From assembly GCA_951406725.2 (NCBI GenBank), contig OX597815.1:89776001-89840000 (forward strand): DNA of 64,000 nucleotides, read 5' to 3'. Positions 1 through 13,170 of this stretch are shown piece by piece (within the stretch, counting starts at the first letter, position 1; the number at the start of each line of letters is the position of its first letter). Source of the stretch: Octopus vulgaris (taxonomy: Eukaryota). The notes under the pieces are model-generated. The model saw only the letters and a program-made list of their open reading frames with translations. It ran no database searches and was not told the origin of the DNA. Made by a program: the position numbers and the translations under genes.

Positions 1-197
1 ACCCGCTTTCTCTCCAGGGAGTAGAGGCTTAGCTGTTTCAGCCTTTCCCTGTAGCTGAGCAGTTGCAAAGAGACGATCTTCTCTGGATTGCTTCAAGGTT
101 CGCTGTTAATTTCACACTGTTGGGTGACCATAGCTGTGAGCAGTAATCCAGGCGGCTGAGGACGAATGTCCTCCGAGGACCATCATGGTTTCTTTAA
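1..197 (-). mobile_element. CR1/L2-clade LINE ORF2 C-terminal fragment (decayed)
   Basis: Minus-strand translation RTFVLSRLDYCSQLWSPNSVKLTANLEAIQRR...LKQLSLYSLERKR, homologous to the ORF at 29741-30136. Confidence 0.8.
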
Positions 198-276
198 CCC
201 TGGTTCACAACAACAATGAGGTCACATTTTCTACATGAGTGTGTACCTATCCATCAGCACCACACAAACATTCACA

Positions 277-277
<1 letters not shown>

Positions 278-344
<67 letters not shown>
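278..344. repeat. (CT)n microsatellite
   Basis: Perfect CT dinucleotide run. Confidence 0.97.
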
Positions 345-350
<6 letters not shown>

Positions 351-1039
351 GTCTCTCTCGCACACTCACACATACACACGCATATGTCCATTTCATTTAC
401 ACATACATCTTTCACTTTCTCGTATCCTTCACTTTCTACACTCTCTCCCCTTTTCGCTTTCTCTTTTCTTTCAATTTCTGCTCTCTTGAAAGCATAAAGA
501 AATTAATTTTTACGAAGTGAACGAGTGAAACGCAGAATGAGAAAAAGGCTGAGAGACAAAAGAAAGAAACAGAGACAGAAAGCAAATTTCTATAGGAAAA
601 GTTGAAAGACGGATAGGGTAAGAGACAGACGCTGATGATTCATACCCTATGTATGTTCTAGTTGTTATTTCCCCTTTAATTTTATTTATATTTTTAAACA
701 CAGTATACTGAAAGATTATCTCATTTTCATGCAAATTGTTCCCCCACTTCAGTTCTGGACAAACAATAACTTCCATAACGCCAATAATCCATTCCACTAT
801 ATATCAGCTAACAGAATGCATTATGCTTATCAAGACAGAACATAGCTAAATCATTCATACTTTACCGCTTCTCATAATAACAGTATACAATTTGGCATAT
901 GGATTTTTCCACATCTTTTCATTCATTACTAAAAAATCAAATTATGCAATGCACAGCTTCAAATTGCTATGTCTTCCATCTTAAATGTTCCTCAATCGTT
1001 CGCTCTTTTCAGCCATGCCACCAAAACGAAGACATTCTC

Positions 1040-2105
1040 ATTTATCTCCACAAGCAAGAACCGCAAAGAAGACTGCTTCTATTCGTGCTCAATATAACTC
1101 ACTTCAGCGATGCCCAAATGTGTAATATTTCAAAACGATCACCAATGGCAGAAGTTCTCTAAACTACACATACTGTCTGGGATGAATGCACGATGGCACA
1201 CCGTGGTTTACTAGAAACCCCAGATAGAAACAATACGGCCGTTAGGGTGGGGGCTAAATGTTGTCCTCGCAAGGGATTTCCGCCAAATATTACCAGTCAT
1301 ACCAGAGTTTTCATCTCTGTGAAAGTTTGTTCGTCAGATTTCATTAAGCAGCAATATGCGAGCTCATCTCTGCAATTACTCTTTAGCTGAGGAATTCTTT
1401 CATCAAGTTCTGAAAATTAGAAATGGCGCCTTACTGTTGAATAATAATTTGCAACAGTAAGTACTACAATGTAGGCGCATGGTGTCTACATTGACCGAGC
1501 TTAAAGAAAAGGTATTTCCCACATTGCAAGACAACTTCAAATGAAATGTAATGAAAGCATTGATAAAGAAATCCATGAACTCCTCCACAATCTACCAGGA
1601 GATGCTTCAACGTCTGTCTACATTGATACTACCATCGACGAACATGCCACTATTGAGCATCCAGTTGAATTTCGCAATTCTCTACAATCCAAAGGACTGC
1701 CACCGCATTAGTTGTTCCTAAAGAAAGGTACACCTATCATGCTCTTGAGGGATTTCCACCCACCATGACTATGCAAAGGTACAACATTGACTGTAACAGC
1801 AACTATTATTGCTGGCTGTTATCGAGGAGAGATTGCATACATTTCACGCATGCCCCTTATTCCGTCAACTGTGTCATTTCAGTTAAAGCGCCTCCAGTTC
1901 CCAGTGCGATTGTGCTTCGTTATGACAATCAACAAAGCCCAGGGTCAAACTTTAAAAATAGTGGGTCTCAATTTACAAATACCCTACTTTTCTCATGGAC
2001 AACTATATGTCGCATGCTCTCAAGTAAGCAGTGCAGATGACTTTTATATTTATTGTATCAACACTTGACTTAGGCAAAACATAGTTTACCCAGAAGTATT
2101 GTCGG
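1040..2105 (+). mobile_element. Helitron RepHel PIF1-type helicase remnant (frameshifts and stops)
   Basis: Motifs CNISKRSPMAEVL, VWDECTMAH, GLPPH, KGTPIMLLR, RLQFPVRLCFVMTINKAQGQTL, FSHGQLYVACS, NIVYPEVL. Confidence 0.9.
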
Positions 2106-2466
2106 ATACATATAACATGTGTTGAAGTGTGCAGTCTGCCCAAACATTAGCGATGATGCTTTTTACAATGAAGCAGCTTTCTTTCCATGTACCTTACTTG
2201 CTGCAATACGGATACCTCTATGTCCTCATACGTTATCCAAATCTTTAAACCCGTAAGCTTTAGTCATTTTCGGAGCAATGTTAGGATTTCATGCTGATCT
2301 AAGCTGCCATTCTACATGTTCTTGGTGTCAAGAATTTAAGCATTGTTCATCACAAAATGACCGAAAAACAGGTTTATAAAGAAGTGTTGTTTGCTTCATA
2401 CACAATGAGTGCCGATTCTGCTCATAAGAAAGAGAGAAATAATACAATGTGGCTCTAGGTCTTAAC

Positions 2467-2496
2467 ACCCGGGCAATGCCGCAATAACTTGTCAGT
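2467..2496 (+). mobile_element. Putative degenerate Helitron 3' terminus
   Basis: GC-rich imperfect hairpin acccgggcaatgccg, then a CTAG-like end (gtcagt), downstream of the helicase remnant. Confidence 0.45.
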
Positions 2497-2754
2497 GTAT
2501 ATATATATATATATATATATACAAAAGCTAACATTTAGAAGATCTCGTAACTAAATACACGATTTTGTGTGTCATCTGTGTATGCTTTGGCGTGTGTGTG
2601 TGTATGAATACATTCATATAATTACATATACATATACATGAACAGACACAAACACACACACGTATGAACATACATACACATACATACATACATACATACA
2701 TACATACATACATACATACATACATACGTATATATATATATATATATATATATA

Positions 2755-3145
2755 TCATCATCATCATGGCACTCCGTCGGTTACGACGACGAGGGTTCCA
2801 GTTGATCTGGTCAACGGAACAGCCTGCTCGTGAAATTAACATGCATGAGGCTGAGCACTGCACAGACACGTATAGTCTTAACGTAGTTCTCGGAGAGATT
2901 TTAGCGTGGCACAGAGTGTGACAAGGATGGCTCTTCGAAATACAGGTAGAACAGAAACGGGAAGAAAGAGTGAGAGAAAGTTGTGGTGTGAGAGTACAGT
3001 AACGTTCGCCACCAGCCCCTGCCGGAGCCTCGTGGATCTTTAAGAATTTTCGCTCAATAAACACTCACAACGGCCGCGCTGGGAATCGAAACCACGATCC
3101 TCCGACCGCGAGTCTGCTGCCCAAACCACTGAGCCATTGGACCTC
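2755..3145 (-). mobile_element. tRNA-derived SINE
   Basis: Minus-strand A box TGGCTCAGTGG and B box GGTTTCGATTCC; (ATG)n tail; flanked by microsatellites. Confidence 0.85.
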
Positions 3146-3292
3146 ACACACACACGTATACATATACATACATACACACACACATACATACATGCATACA
3201 TACATACACACACACATACATACATGCATACATACATACACACACACATACATACATACATACATACATACATACATACATACATACATACA

Positions 3293-3326
<34 letters not shown>

Positions 3327-3382
3327 GATATATATATATATTTATATATATGTATGTATATATGTATGTATATATATATATA
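3146..3382. repeat. Compound (CA)/(TACA)n/(TA)n microsatellite
   Basis: Direct inspection. Confidence 0.95.
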
Positions 3383-4170
3383 CCACAATCTCACACCAAT
3401 ATGGACTTGTGGCAATACATTTCTGGCTTGAGAAATTCCTTCATGAAATTTCGGATACAATTGAAAAGAATTTTATCACTGAAGGCTTAAAGTTTATACT
3501 TGCAAACAACTTTTTTTTACTTCGATGGCAATATCCGCAAACAAATATCTGGGATTGCGATGGCGACAACAGTTTCCCCGACGTACGCCAATCTAGTAGT
3601 AGCAGACATGGAGGTCCAGATATTTGAACAATCTAATGTAATATATGGCTTTGGCTTCTAAAAATATCTTAGAAAACTGGAAACGTTACTCAGATGATTG
3701 CCTAATCCTGTAGACGTACACATTTGAACAACGTATAGATTTCAAAAATGTAATCAACAGCATAAACAACACTATTAAATTTACCATGCAGTACAGTAAA
3801 ACCCAAATACTATTCCTCGATATAATAACCATTAAACGAGATAAATTCATTGAAACATATTCTAAACAATACTTACTATTTTCCTTATGCCAACCAAAAC
3901 ATACGAAGTATAGTATCCCCTTCATTCTAGCAAGAAGAATCTGCACAATTATCTGAAATCCTGAAAATCACAATAAAATACTCCAGGATCTAAAACAGGT
4001 TCTACTTAAATGACAAACCCATTAATACTAATAGACATCGGAATAGAAAGGGCAAAAGCAATAAATATCGATAAACTACGAAAAACGCTCCGGATGCGTC
4101 CAATAATCTACCCTTTATTACAACACAGAACCCAAGAAACATATAGGTTTACGATATTATTCACCAGAAC

Positions 4171-4570
4171 AAGGCGGCGAGCTGGCAGAATCGTTAGCAC
4201 GCTGGACGAAATGCTTAGCGGTATTTCGCCCGTCGCTAAATGTTTACTTCAAATTCCCTCTAGTAGACTTTGCTTTTCGTCCTTTCGGGGTCGATGAAAT
4301 AAGTACCAATTACGTACTGGAGTCGATGAAATCGACTATCCTTCTCCACCAAATTTAAGGCGGCGAACTGGCAGAAACGTTAGTATGTCGGGATAAATGC
4401 TTTTCGTTATTTCGTCTGGCTTTACGTTCTGAGTTCAAATTCTGCCGAAGCCGACTTTACCTTTCGTCCTTTTGGGGTCGATAAATTAAGTACCAGTTGC
4501 GTACTGGAGTCGATCAAATCGACTGGCCTCTCCCCCAAAATGTGGGGCCTTATCGCTAGAGTAGAAAAGA
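4171..4570 (+). mobile_element. Dimeric tRNA-derived SINE inserted in the Penelope ORF
   Basis: Two units starting aaggcggcga(g/a)ctggcagaa at 4171 and 4357; diverged TSD-like flanks at 4154-4170 and 4571-4587 (13/17 identical). Confidence 0.85.
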
Positions 4571-5364
4571 ATATTAATAACCAGTGCATCCCACTACTAA
4601 CACAAATCCCAAGAATGAAAAATGCATTCGAAATCCACAATATAACCAAAAGTAAAAGACAGTAAAATTCCCGCAAAAAATTACTCACTAGTGCTAAATT
4701 ACCTTCCACAATTCCTACCCCAGCAGTCAAAAGATGTGGTCTCCCCAACTACGGGACCGGCATCAAACTTATTGAAGTCACGACATACAAATTCAAACCA
4801 GGACATACCTTTACCGTAAAAAATGACTTTGCATGTTCTTCAAGGAATTTAATATACGCTATCAAATGTCAAGGATGTAATGAAGATTACATAGGTCAGA
4901 CAAAGCTTACTCTAAGAAATAGACTGACCATTCACCTACAACAAATACGTGACCCCAGTACTAGACAGATCCCACTGAATGGTGACATAGACATAAGTGT
5001 AAAAATATAATCTCCCAAAATTCAGGTCTTCCCACTCTACTTATGTTCAGCGAACACTACAGATGAAGCACGGACAAAGAATATACTTTCAAACAAAAGT
5101 ACAAAACAAGGCTTAACAAACTTTAGCAAAGTACATAAACATTCAGAGTACTGATTGTTTGGATTTGTTCAGTGAACCGTGTCAGCCTCACGTTACGACG
5201 CCAAATATTGTTACTTGATACTAACACACAGATGTAGCGGGGAGCCTTGCAAAAATGTCTAAGACCAGTCTTGTGACTATCCTCAATGAATCAAATCATA
5301 TTCAAAACATATACTAATTTGAGCCATGAACACAGTTGCGACATTAGCCACATCTTTCCATTTC

Positions 5365-5409
5365 AAACTCTTTGAAAATCAGTGTAAACTGTGAAACCGG
5401 TTAAAGCTT
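5365..5409 (+). ncRNA. Minimal Penelope-type hammerhead ribozyme, U3-A8 core variant, partly decayed
   Basis: TTGAAAA-tcag tgtaaa ctgt-GAAA-CCGG-TT; palindromic ACCGGT stem III; located in the PLE 3' end. Confidence 0.6.
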
Positions 5410-5506
5410 CAAATATTTTAATAAAAAATATTCTGACTATTCTCAGTGCATTTTCAACTTTTATTTTTCCTATATTTCTACCCATGTGGCATAAAATATC
5501 TTTGTG

Positions 5507-5561
<55 letters not shown>

Positions 5562-5704
5562 TAGTGGTTTGTCACCGCTTGACAGCAGTTAATGGGCCCA
5601 ATCAGGAGTGATTTTGGAATTTAACAGTAATAAACTGTAACAATGGTTTGTCAAATTTGATCTAATGAAGCTAACATTACTATGAATTTACATAAGCTTT
5701 AAAT

Positions 5705-5862
5705 TTAGGCACAAAGCCAGTGCTCTACTTGTTACTTATTTTATCGACCCTAAAAGGATGAAAACCAAAATCGAGCTAGGTGCAGTTCGAACTCGGAACG
5801 TAGAGATGAACGGATTGCTGCTAAACATTTTGTTCGGTGTGCTAACAATTCTGTCCACTGAG
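5705..5862 (-). mobile_element. Degenerate SINE (same family as 4171-4570)
   Basis: Reverse complement matches cagaattgttagcac...gttccgagttcgaa...gggtcgataaaataagta. Confidence 0.7.
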
Positions 5863-7456
5863 TGCTAGATCTTGGTGCACCCATAAAATTTTCTATTTTG
5901 TTTCATCAACAGAGGTTCACCTTACATTTTATTTTAAATTATTCAAAAGCTATTTAATGGGGTCACTTTAACTAAACACGGTTATACGTAGCTAAATGCT
6001 GCCAATCTCTCCCTAGACGTAAATTGGGCATTAATTCCCTGATGAAGGTACTAAAAAGATTTTGATCGTTTCCAAGTTTTCTGTACGCAGTTTGTTTTAG
6101 TCTTGTAGCGTAGAAGAAATGTTTCAGGTGCGTTAACTTGTCGCGGTAGTGATCAGATAACCTGACGCAATTAGAGATTATGGTAGAGGTAGTACATGTA
6201 TTAAAATATTTCATTTTAAAACAGTTGCATAAAGTTTTACATGCATATTGTATTACTATCTTATTAAACATATTAGTAAATTTGGAATATGGCCGGCTGT
6301 TTTGTCTGAAATCCTGAAAATTAATCAAGTCACTAGATGTAATAGTTGCCGCTAGAAAACATTAACAAGCAAATTTTCATCAGATGTTTTCTTCACGCCT
6401 TTATCATTCATTAAGCATGCACGTAATGTTTAAAACAAAATTGAATGCCATTCTTGTTGGCAAAAAATATATAAATCAGAAATAAAGAAAAATTGGGAGT
6501 GAACATCAGAGGGAGTATATTCCTGTTTCATATTAACTTGATTGATAAAAGAAGGAAATAACGAGAAAAAATTGCATTCCATGACTAAGAGCACCAAATT
6601 TATAAAAAAATATATAAATAAACAGTATCGAAATTACTTTTAAACTAATGGTATTGAACATTTTGGTTTGTTTATTTTTGCATTCACTTAAGAAAATTTA
6701 AGTTTGAAAATTAAACAGAACTTAAAAGAGAAGAGGATTGTTGCTTATCGTGACTATCTTAAAGTTAAGCAGATGCCTCTCCTTTCGTGTTTTTCGACTT
6801 AATTTATTTAGTTATCGTGTTACTGAGAACGTTAGTGAAATAGACCTGTCCTCGCACAGACGTTCTCATTTAAAGCTGGTTTCTCTTTCGGAGAACGTAT
6901 ATGATGATTTCGATGTCTTTGATATGTAATTTTCACATGTGAGATGAAGGAATAAGAGCTATGTGAATTATGGGAGGTACTCTTTCTTTGTAAACATAAA
7001 TATTTCAAAATCATTTCTTCACGGGATTAGAAATGTATCTTAGCAAGTAAAAAATGTTCTGTACGATATAAAACTGACTCTATAAGACGCTGCTTTCTTC
7101 TGAAAATTTATGTATATCTTATCGAGCAGCCTAACACAGTATCAAATCTTATGTTCCAGTTCACAATTGACTCATTTGTATGTGAATAGCTCAGTATAAT
7201 AAGATATCATTAATCATAGAGTGGATGTGAAAGGTTGCAGCTGCCTAGTCAGTATTTCTTCATTTCTAAATATCTTGTGATGGCAAAAACTGGAGGCGCA
7301 CGAGGTGGAGTTGGTAAAAAATACTAGTTGTTCTGTTCTTATGGTTTAGTTATATGCATCCTAATATAGTGCTTTCGGCAAATGAGTTTATTGATTTTAT
7401 TGAGCTGTCCACAGATTTCAACGTGGCGGACTGGAAGAACGTTTCTAAGGATTAAG

Positions 7457-7507
7457 ATGTGCTGAGAAAGGTAAGAACTTTATGCCAATCCAGAAACCGG
7501 TCAACAT
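7457..7507 (+). ncRNA. Degenerate minimal hammerhead ribozyme
   Basis: atgtg-CTGAGAA-agg...cca-GAAA-CCGG-TC-aacat; G8 mutated to A. Confidence 0.45.
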
Positions 7508-7770
7508 ATATACCGGTTCCATTGAATATATAACTTTATGCTATAATGGTATGTGAGAGATCTTTTTTTCGGTTAGCCCGCCCGTATACTGTTGTAACTG
7601 CTATTTTCAGTGTAATTTTTGTCCAAATAAGGGTTTTAACTCTTATTTCTAGCGGGTAGATAATTTCATGTGTCTTTTGATTAATATAATTTTAATTCTA
7701 TAGCAATATATAACACTGATTTAGGTCTGCAACCACCTATATTGATACTGTTGTTGTTGTGGACTATTGT

Positions 7771-8010
7771 GGAGGCACGTGACTTACTGGTTAGGGTGTT
7801 GGACTCATGATCGTAAGATTGTGGTTTCGATTCCTCGACCGGGTGGTGCGTTGCGTTCTTGAGCAATATACATCATTTCACGTTGCTCCAGTCCACTCAT
7901 CTTGTAAAAATAGGTAATCCCACGACGGACTGGTGTCCCGTCCAGGTGGGGAATTTATACTCCACTAAACCCGGGAAACGGCTCTTATGAGACTGGCGTG
8001 ACTCGAGAAA
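7771..8010 (+). mobile_element. tRNA-derived SINE
   Basis: Head ggaggcacgtgacttactggttaggg, B box GGTTTCGATTCC, body ttgagcaa...cacgttgctccagtccactc. Confidence 0.8.
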
Positions 8011-8269
8011 GAAATATTTGTATTGACTTCGATAATTATAACAATAATAATATCTATATAAATATTCAATTCTGAATATTTTTGATGCTGATGAGTATAT
8101 ATATATAAATAAGTATATATAAGGATAGGGGATGTAGGTGGTGGGTGTACAGATATTAACACTTGTGTATATCACTTGTAGATTGACTTCAACAGTTAGT
8201 TGGAAGAAGTTCATTGCATCTAATTCTAAAATTTTGTCTGAATTCAGTTCTAGAAAGAATGTTGCATTT

Positions 8270-9660
8270 ATCCCACTACCCTTATTATTTTGTCAATAGG
8301 ACCTATATTGTCCTTATTATTCTAAAAATGGATCAGAGGTTACATCCTATCGTACCAAAATTCTGACAACAAGATTACTAGTTTCTCTAAAATTGAATAT
8401 AAAAGAAAGCACTGCATAGTGTAAAGTGAAGCGATCCCAGAGGATTTTCATTGGACCTTTCAACTAACAGTTTCTTCTAATCATTGATTATAGGTTTAAA
8501 AATCATATTATGTAAAACCGAAAAAAACCTTAAATCAATGATCAAAATTTCAAAAATAACTGTAGTTAGAAGGAAAAATATATATACCCAGAATAAGTTA
8601 ATTAACGATGAAATAAATGAGACAGTAAAGCCAAGGCTGTGTGGAATTTTCAGCACATTTATAAATGAGAAAGTTAGTCCTACATGCGAAAGTAAAATAT
8701 TATCCTTATCGTATTTTACTCCTCGACATGGTGTACCTCGTACCATGTCTGCAGGAATTCATAAGCTCCTGTCTTTGGTTCAATACACATTTAGCCTGGA
8801 ACAGGATGAAGACATTTTCACTCAGACACAAATTGCACCTCATAGGGCGTCTATATTTTCCATGTGCAGTTTTTTCCAAGATCGTCCAGCTGGTATTGAA
8901 AGGACAGGTATCATTTTCTTTTAAATGACAGACATATTTGGCAAGACTCATTGCTATCCTATTTTCGGGGTATCGAAATGAATTTCGATGGAAATATAAT
9001 CTAGTCTGAAAGGAATTTTCCGAAGCTCCTGCATATGTTTTGTATTCTTGTATAGCTCTATAAACAATTCCTTTCTCTACACAAATTCCTCCTAACGGAC
9101 AGCTTCCTTTACCTTTACAATTGCAATTTTTCTGTTTATTTTCGGCACTGTGGTTGCTTCTAGTAGTTTTCGTGTAGTGGGGTTTGATTAAAGAGGCAAA
9201 GCTCTTGCAACAAGAATAGCTAATCTTAAGCGTTCTTTTATTAAAATTTTTTTTAGAACTTATGTTTTTTTTTTTTTTGGAAGAACCTAGAAATTAGTTT
9301 CAAGAATTCTCTACCTATATTAGTTTTTACTGCAAAGTTAAATTCCGGATTAAACCATAAAACTTGTCTAGCTTTAGTTCTACAAGTTCTATTATTGCTA
9401 GTAGTGCTTTGACTATACTGGATCTTCTCCGAGAATCCTTAATGTATTGTTATAATACGGCGCGGAATTTTGAAACGCTATCTCATCTGAGGATACGGAT
9501 GATATTCGCCTTCCTATATTACTAACAAAATTCTTGAGTACAACGGGTTGATGATTTAGCTCTTTTTTAATATGATATAGTTTTTCATTAGGCTTATGGC
9601 AGGGTTTAAATTTATCTCATTCCACATCTAAGTCAATATCTAAAAATTTTACATCATTCT
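8270..9660 (-). mobile_element. Penelope-like element 3' part (RT thumb, Cys-rich linker, GIY-YIG)
   Basis: Minus strand: DVKFLDI...; NCNCKGKGSCPLGGICVEKGIVYRA..YAGASE; C-terminus RCNLCLSE...LNQRQELMNSCRH. Confidence 0.85.
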
Positions 9661-12600
9661 TAGGGCACGTATGACAATAGGTATTGTTTTAGTCTTGAGG
9701 TTCCACATTTTACCAATTTCTATTTCAAGATCTTTATACTTGCTCAGTTTTTGGTAGGTCTTGACAGATACATATATATCGATTGGGGCAGTCATATCAA
9801 TGAGGAGGAATGATTTTACCTGGAGTCATTCAATATAACGTATGGCCTATTTACATCTATCTTTCTGTCAGTTGGAATGGTGAAGTTCCAGAGGAGTGAG
9901 ATGTGATTATTTTCAAGCACTGGATGTGGTTTGTGTTCCCACCAGTTTTTATCATGGGGCCGGTCCAGGTTTTTGCAAATTACCAAGTAAATATATTGTG
10001 CGCTCTATCATGCCTGTTGAGGTACTCTGTAGGCGCAAGAAAACGGCACATGGAGACAACATAATCAATGGTTTCATTTTGTTGCTGACATACCCGACAT
10101 GTTGGGCTACTGCCGTTCTTTAATATACTGGCCTGGTAGTTCCATGTAGGTTGACATTGATCTTGGACTGTTATGATATGCCCTTCTGTTTCTGATTTTA
10201 AGCCTGAAGACACTAACCGATGATGGGTAAGGGCTTTGTCAACATCAGCACTATTACCTCTGTTTGGGTATTTGCCATTGAGAGGTTTTTCTTGTCATTT
10301 ATCAGTAAGAATATCTAAGGCAGTAGTTTTACCATGGGTTTTCATAAGCTTAGCTTTTTCTGTGCTTGATTATAATTCGTCTAATCCTGGAATTGTTTGT
10401 ATTTGGAATTCACTTAGATATTCCTTTGCATGTTTTGTTACTGAGTATGATGCTTTATTGTTTTCGTGCTTTCAGACAAGTTTTAATATCCAGTCATTGG
10501 ATATTTTTCAGGTAGGTATCCACACCAATTGCGGCAATCTTCATTGTTAATTCCAGTTCTAAAAGTCCACGGTCATCCTCTTTTCTTGACAGGTAAAGTC
10601 GTTGTATATCTGCCTTAGAGTGGTGCGTTCTATGCATTGTCAACAATGTTCGTATTTTTCTATCAAGATTACATATTTCAGTAATTGCCCAGTTAATGAT
10701 ATTGAAACTATAAGTCACGACCGGTATGGCTATAGTATTGATCACTTCGATACTGTTTCTTGCATTCAGCCCTGTCTTGAGTATTGCCATTACGCTGCGA
10801 TGACATTCTCTTCTGACCCTTTTCCTCATCACGGAATGTTTGATTCCTTCCCCTTCAAATAAACCTATGTATTTGTAGCTCTCCGATGGTTCTAACTCCT
10901 TTATGACATTCTGATGGTCAAGATTAACGTTAGACGTTTGTCGTTTTTGCATATTTATCGAGGTCAAATTGCATCTTGATATCATCACTGAATTGTTTAA
11001 AAATAGCTAGTAAGCCCTGTAGTTGTTGGTCAATTTTTGCAGAGGTTTAAATCATCCATGTAAAATGAGATGATTTATATTTTTATCAAACCTTTCATAG
11101 CTGTATTGTACATCATCGAGCAATTTCGTGAAAGGCATTAAGGCTAGACAAAAGAGGAATGGTGAGAGAGAGTCACTCTGGAAAATGCCACACGAAATTC
11201 TTACATCCCCAGCATTGGGAGTTTCATTGTTCATGATCTCATACTCACAGACAAGTTTCGCAGAGTAGGTGCTATTTTATACATTTCCAGACATTTCTTA
11301 ATCCAGCTATGAGATAGACTATAACAAATATTTCTATAGTCGATCCAGGCTATCCACAAGTTTTTGTGTCATTTGTGATAACCTATCAAGATCAACTTAT
11401 TGATGAGTAGCTGATATTTACAGTCATTGGACACAAGTTTTCATCCTTTATTCTCATTAGGAAATATGCCACTTTCTATTAAAAAACTATAGGTATATTC
11501 AGTCAAGATAGATGTTAGTATTTTCTACATTGTTGTTAAGCTAGTCATGGGTCTATATTTTTTGGTTCATTTGTTTCTTTATTTTTGGAAGTAGGAATGT
11601 TACACCGTTATCTAGCCAAGAGGGAATCATACTAGGTTTTTGAAAACATTGTTGTAAAGTTTTGTTAGCAGTTCATAGCTCTCTGGGAAAACGTTCAACC
11701 AGAAGTTATGAATTTTAACCTTTCCTTGAGACTTCCATTTGCGTGGTTTCCTGAGAGCAGATCTTACATCCTCTACCATGTTACCCTCCCCCATTTGCTT
11801 TTCTAAGGAGTCTAAGTCAGTAGATATTCTATCAATCCAAGGGGCTTTTTCATTGTGTGTTTTTTTCTTCTGCCCAAATTTTATTTCAAAATTCCTGCAC
11901 TTCATCTTCTGATGGGAAAGACTTTACTGTAACTGGTATCTTCCTGTAAAACTTTTGTGTATTATTTTTGAACATGTTGCTATGCGGGCAGCTTTAGCAC
12001 ATACCTTTTGCTTGGGAGTTTCTATGGTGGTATCGATATCAAGTATGGTTTTTCATATTATAGTCTTGTCAAACCTAAGGTACACCTAAGTAGCTGAATT
12101 TGGTGTTGAATATGCTCTTGCCAAATATGATTTTTGTGGGAACGTTGACGTTTTCCCATCTTTTCACCACATAGAACCGTTGAGATTTTCGCATATGCAT
12201 ATTACAGGAGGCTGAGATCTGTAATATCAACATCATTAGCTGAAATCCTATCCTTAAGTGCTAGGTGGAATTTACAAATTAGTTTCAGATTTTGGTTAGA
12301 AGTGCAAATTTTGGGGAGAGTGTCGCGTTCATTCGTACCGTTTTCTTTACTTTTCAGCCATTCAATCATGATTTGATTTTTTAGATCATGTAGTTTTGTT
12401 GTGTCAATTTCTGTGTGACTTTCTTCATCTATTTGATTTTCATCTGCCTTAGTGTTTATGGTTGTTTCAGAGAGTATTTCACTTTGCTTATCAGTTACAT
12501 TAACTCTTTCAGTCATTATTGTATTTTCATGAGACCTGGGTTGTTCTATAATTATTTACTCTGTAGCATCTTAGTTAGCTGCAATTTCGTTCCTTTTATC

Positions 12601-13170
12601 CCTTATTGATTGTTTCATTTCGTCAATCTCTAATTCAGTTAGTAATTTCTTTTCCATAATGTTTCTTCTGAAGTTGTAAATTTGTTTCTCTCTATGTGGA
12701 GTCTTACTTCAAGATGTTTCTGCCTCCAGTTTAAGTAGTTTTGTACAGTATTAGATTTATTTTGGGGAAAATACATGGCATGATAGAAGGACATAATAAC
12801 CTCTTTATCATTTCTCCTAGACCATATTGCATTCTCTTTCTTTTAGCTATTTGATGACGAGCATGGACGGCCATTTGTTGGAATATTCCGGTTGTGGAGT
12901 ACTTCCTGCTGTAGTGTTTCGGGAAGACTTGACCCAGTATCTGATTTTTCGCACCCACCCTGGTTCATCATTCGAGTACGCGGTCCTTGATGATTCTGGT
13001 GACTGAATTTCCGTTTTGTATTTTGCTTTTTTATCATTGAGGCATGACGAGCTTGGACGTTGACATTAGGGGACGGATCTGTCTGTTTAGGGTTAATTTC
13101 TTTGAATCAGCACCGCCTCCGAGTTCTCTGAATGAAAACATTGCTCGTAACGTAGCTTCTTAAGGCTAAC
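9660..13170 (-). mobile_element. R4/Dong-like non-LTR retrotransposon (RT + restriction-like endonuclease), decayed
   Basis: RT GIFQSDSLSPFLFCLAL and AWID/MDDL regions; RLYLSRKEDDRGL; CCHC-type finger CRVCQQQNETIDYVVSMC, YLNRHD, and DRKIDVNRP endonuclease region. Confidence 0.88.

Larger units (their letters stand above)
3383..5500 (+). mobile_element. Penelope-like element (RT + GIY-YIG endonuclease), decayed, 5' truncated
   Basis: RT motifs GIAMATTVSPTYANL and WKRYSDDC; GIY-YIG region NLIYAIKCQGCNEDYIGQTKLTLRNRLTIH (~4847-4935); 3' region carries a hammerhead-like motif. Confidence 0.9.

Noticed and set aside
1787-2068. Host PIF1 helicase gene
   Set aside because: Intronless, disrupted and followed by a Helitron-like end; better explained as a Helitron
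3060-3145. SINE heads as functional tRNA genes
   Set aside because: They lack a full cloverleaf and are continuous with SINE bodies
3383-5130. Selenocysteine recoding of TGA codons in the Penelope ORF
   Set aside because: The copy has many frameshifts and other stops; TGAs are explicable by decay; no SECIS identified
6036-6080. CTGATGA as a hammerhead core
   Set aside because: No paired stem II or correctly placed GAAA...UH
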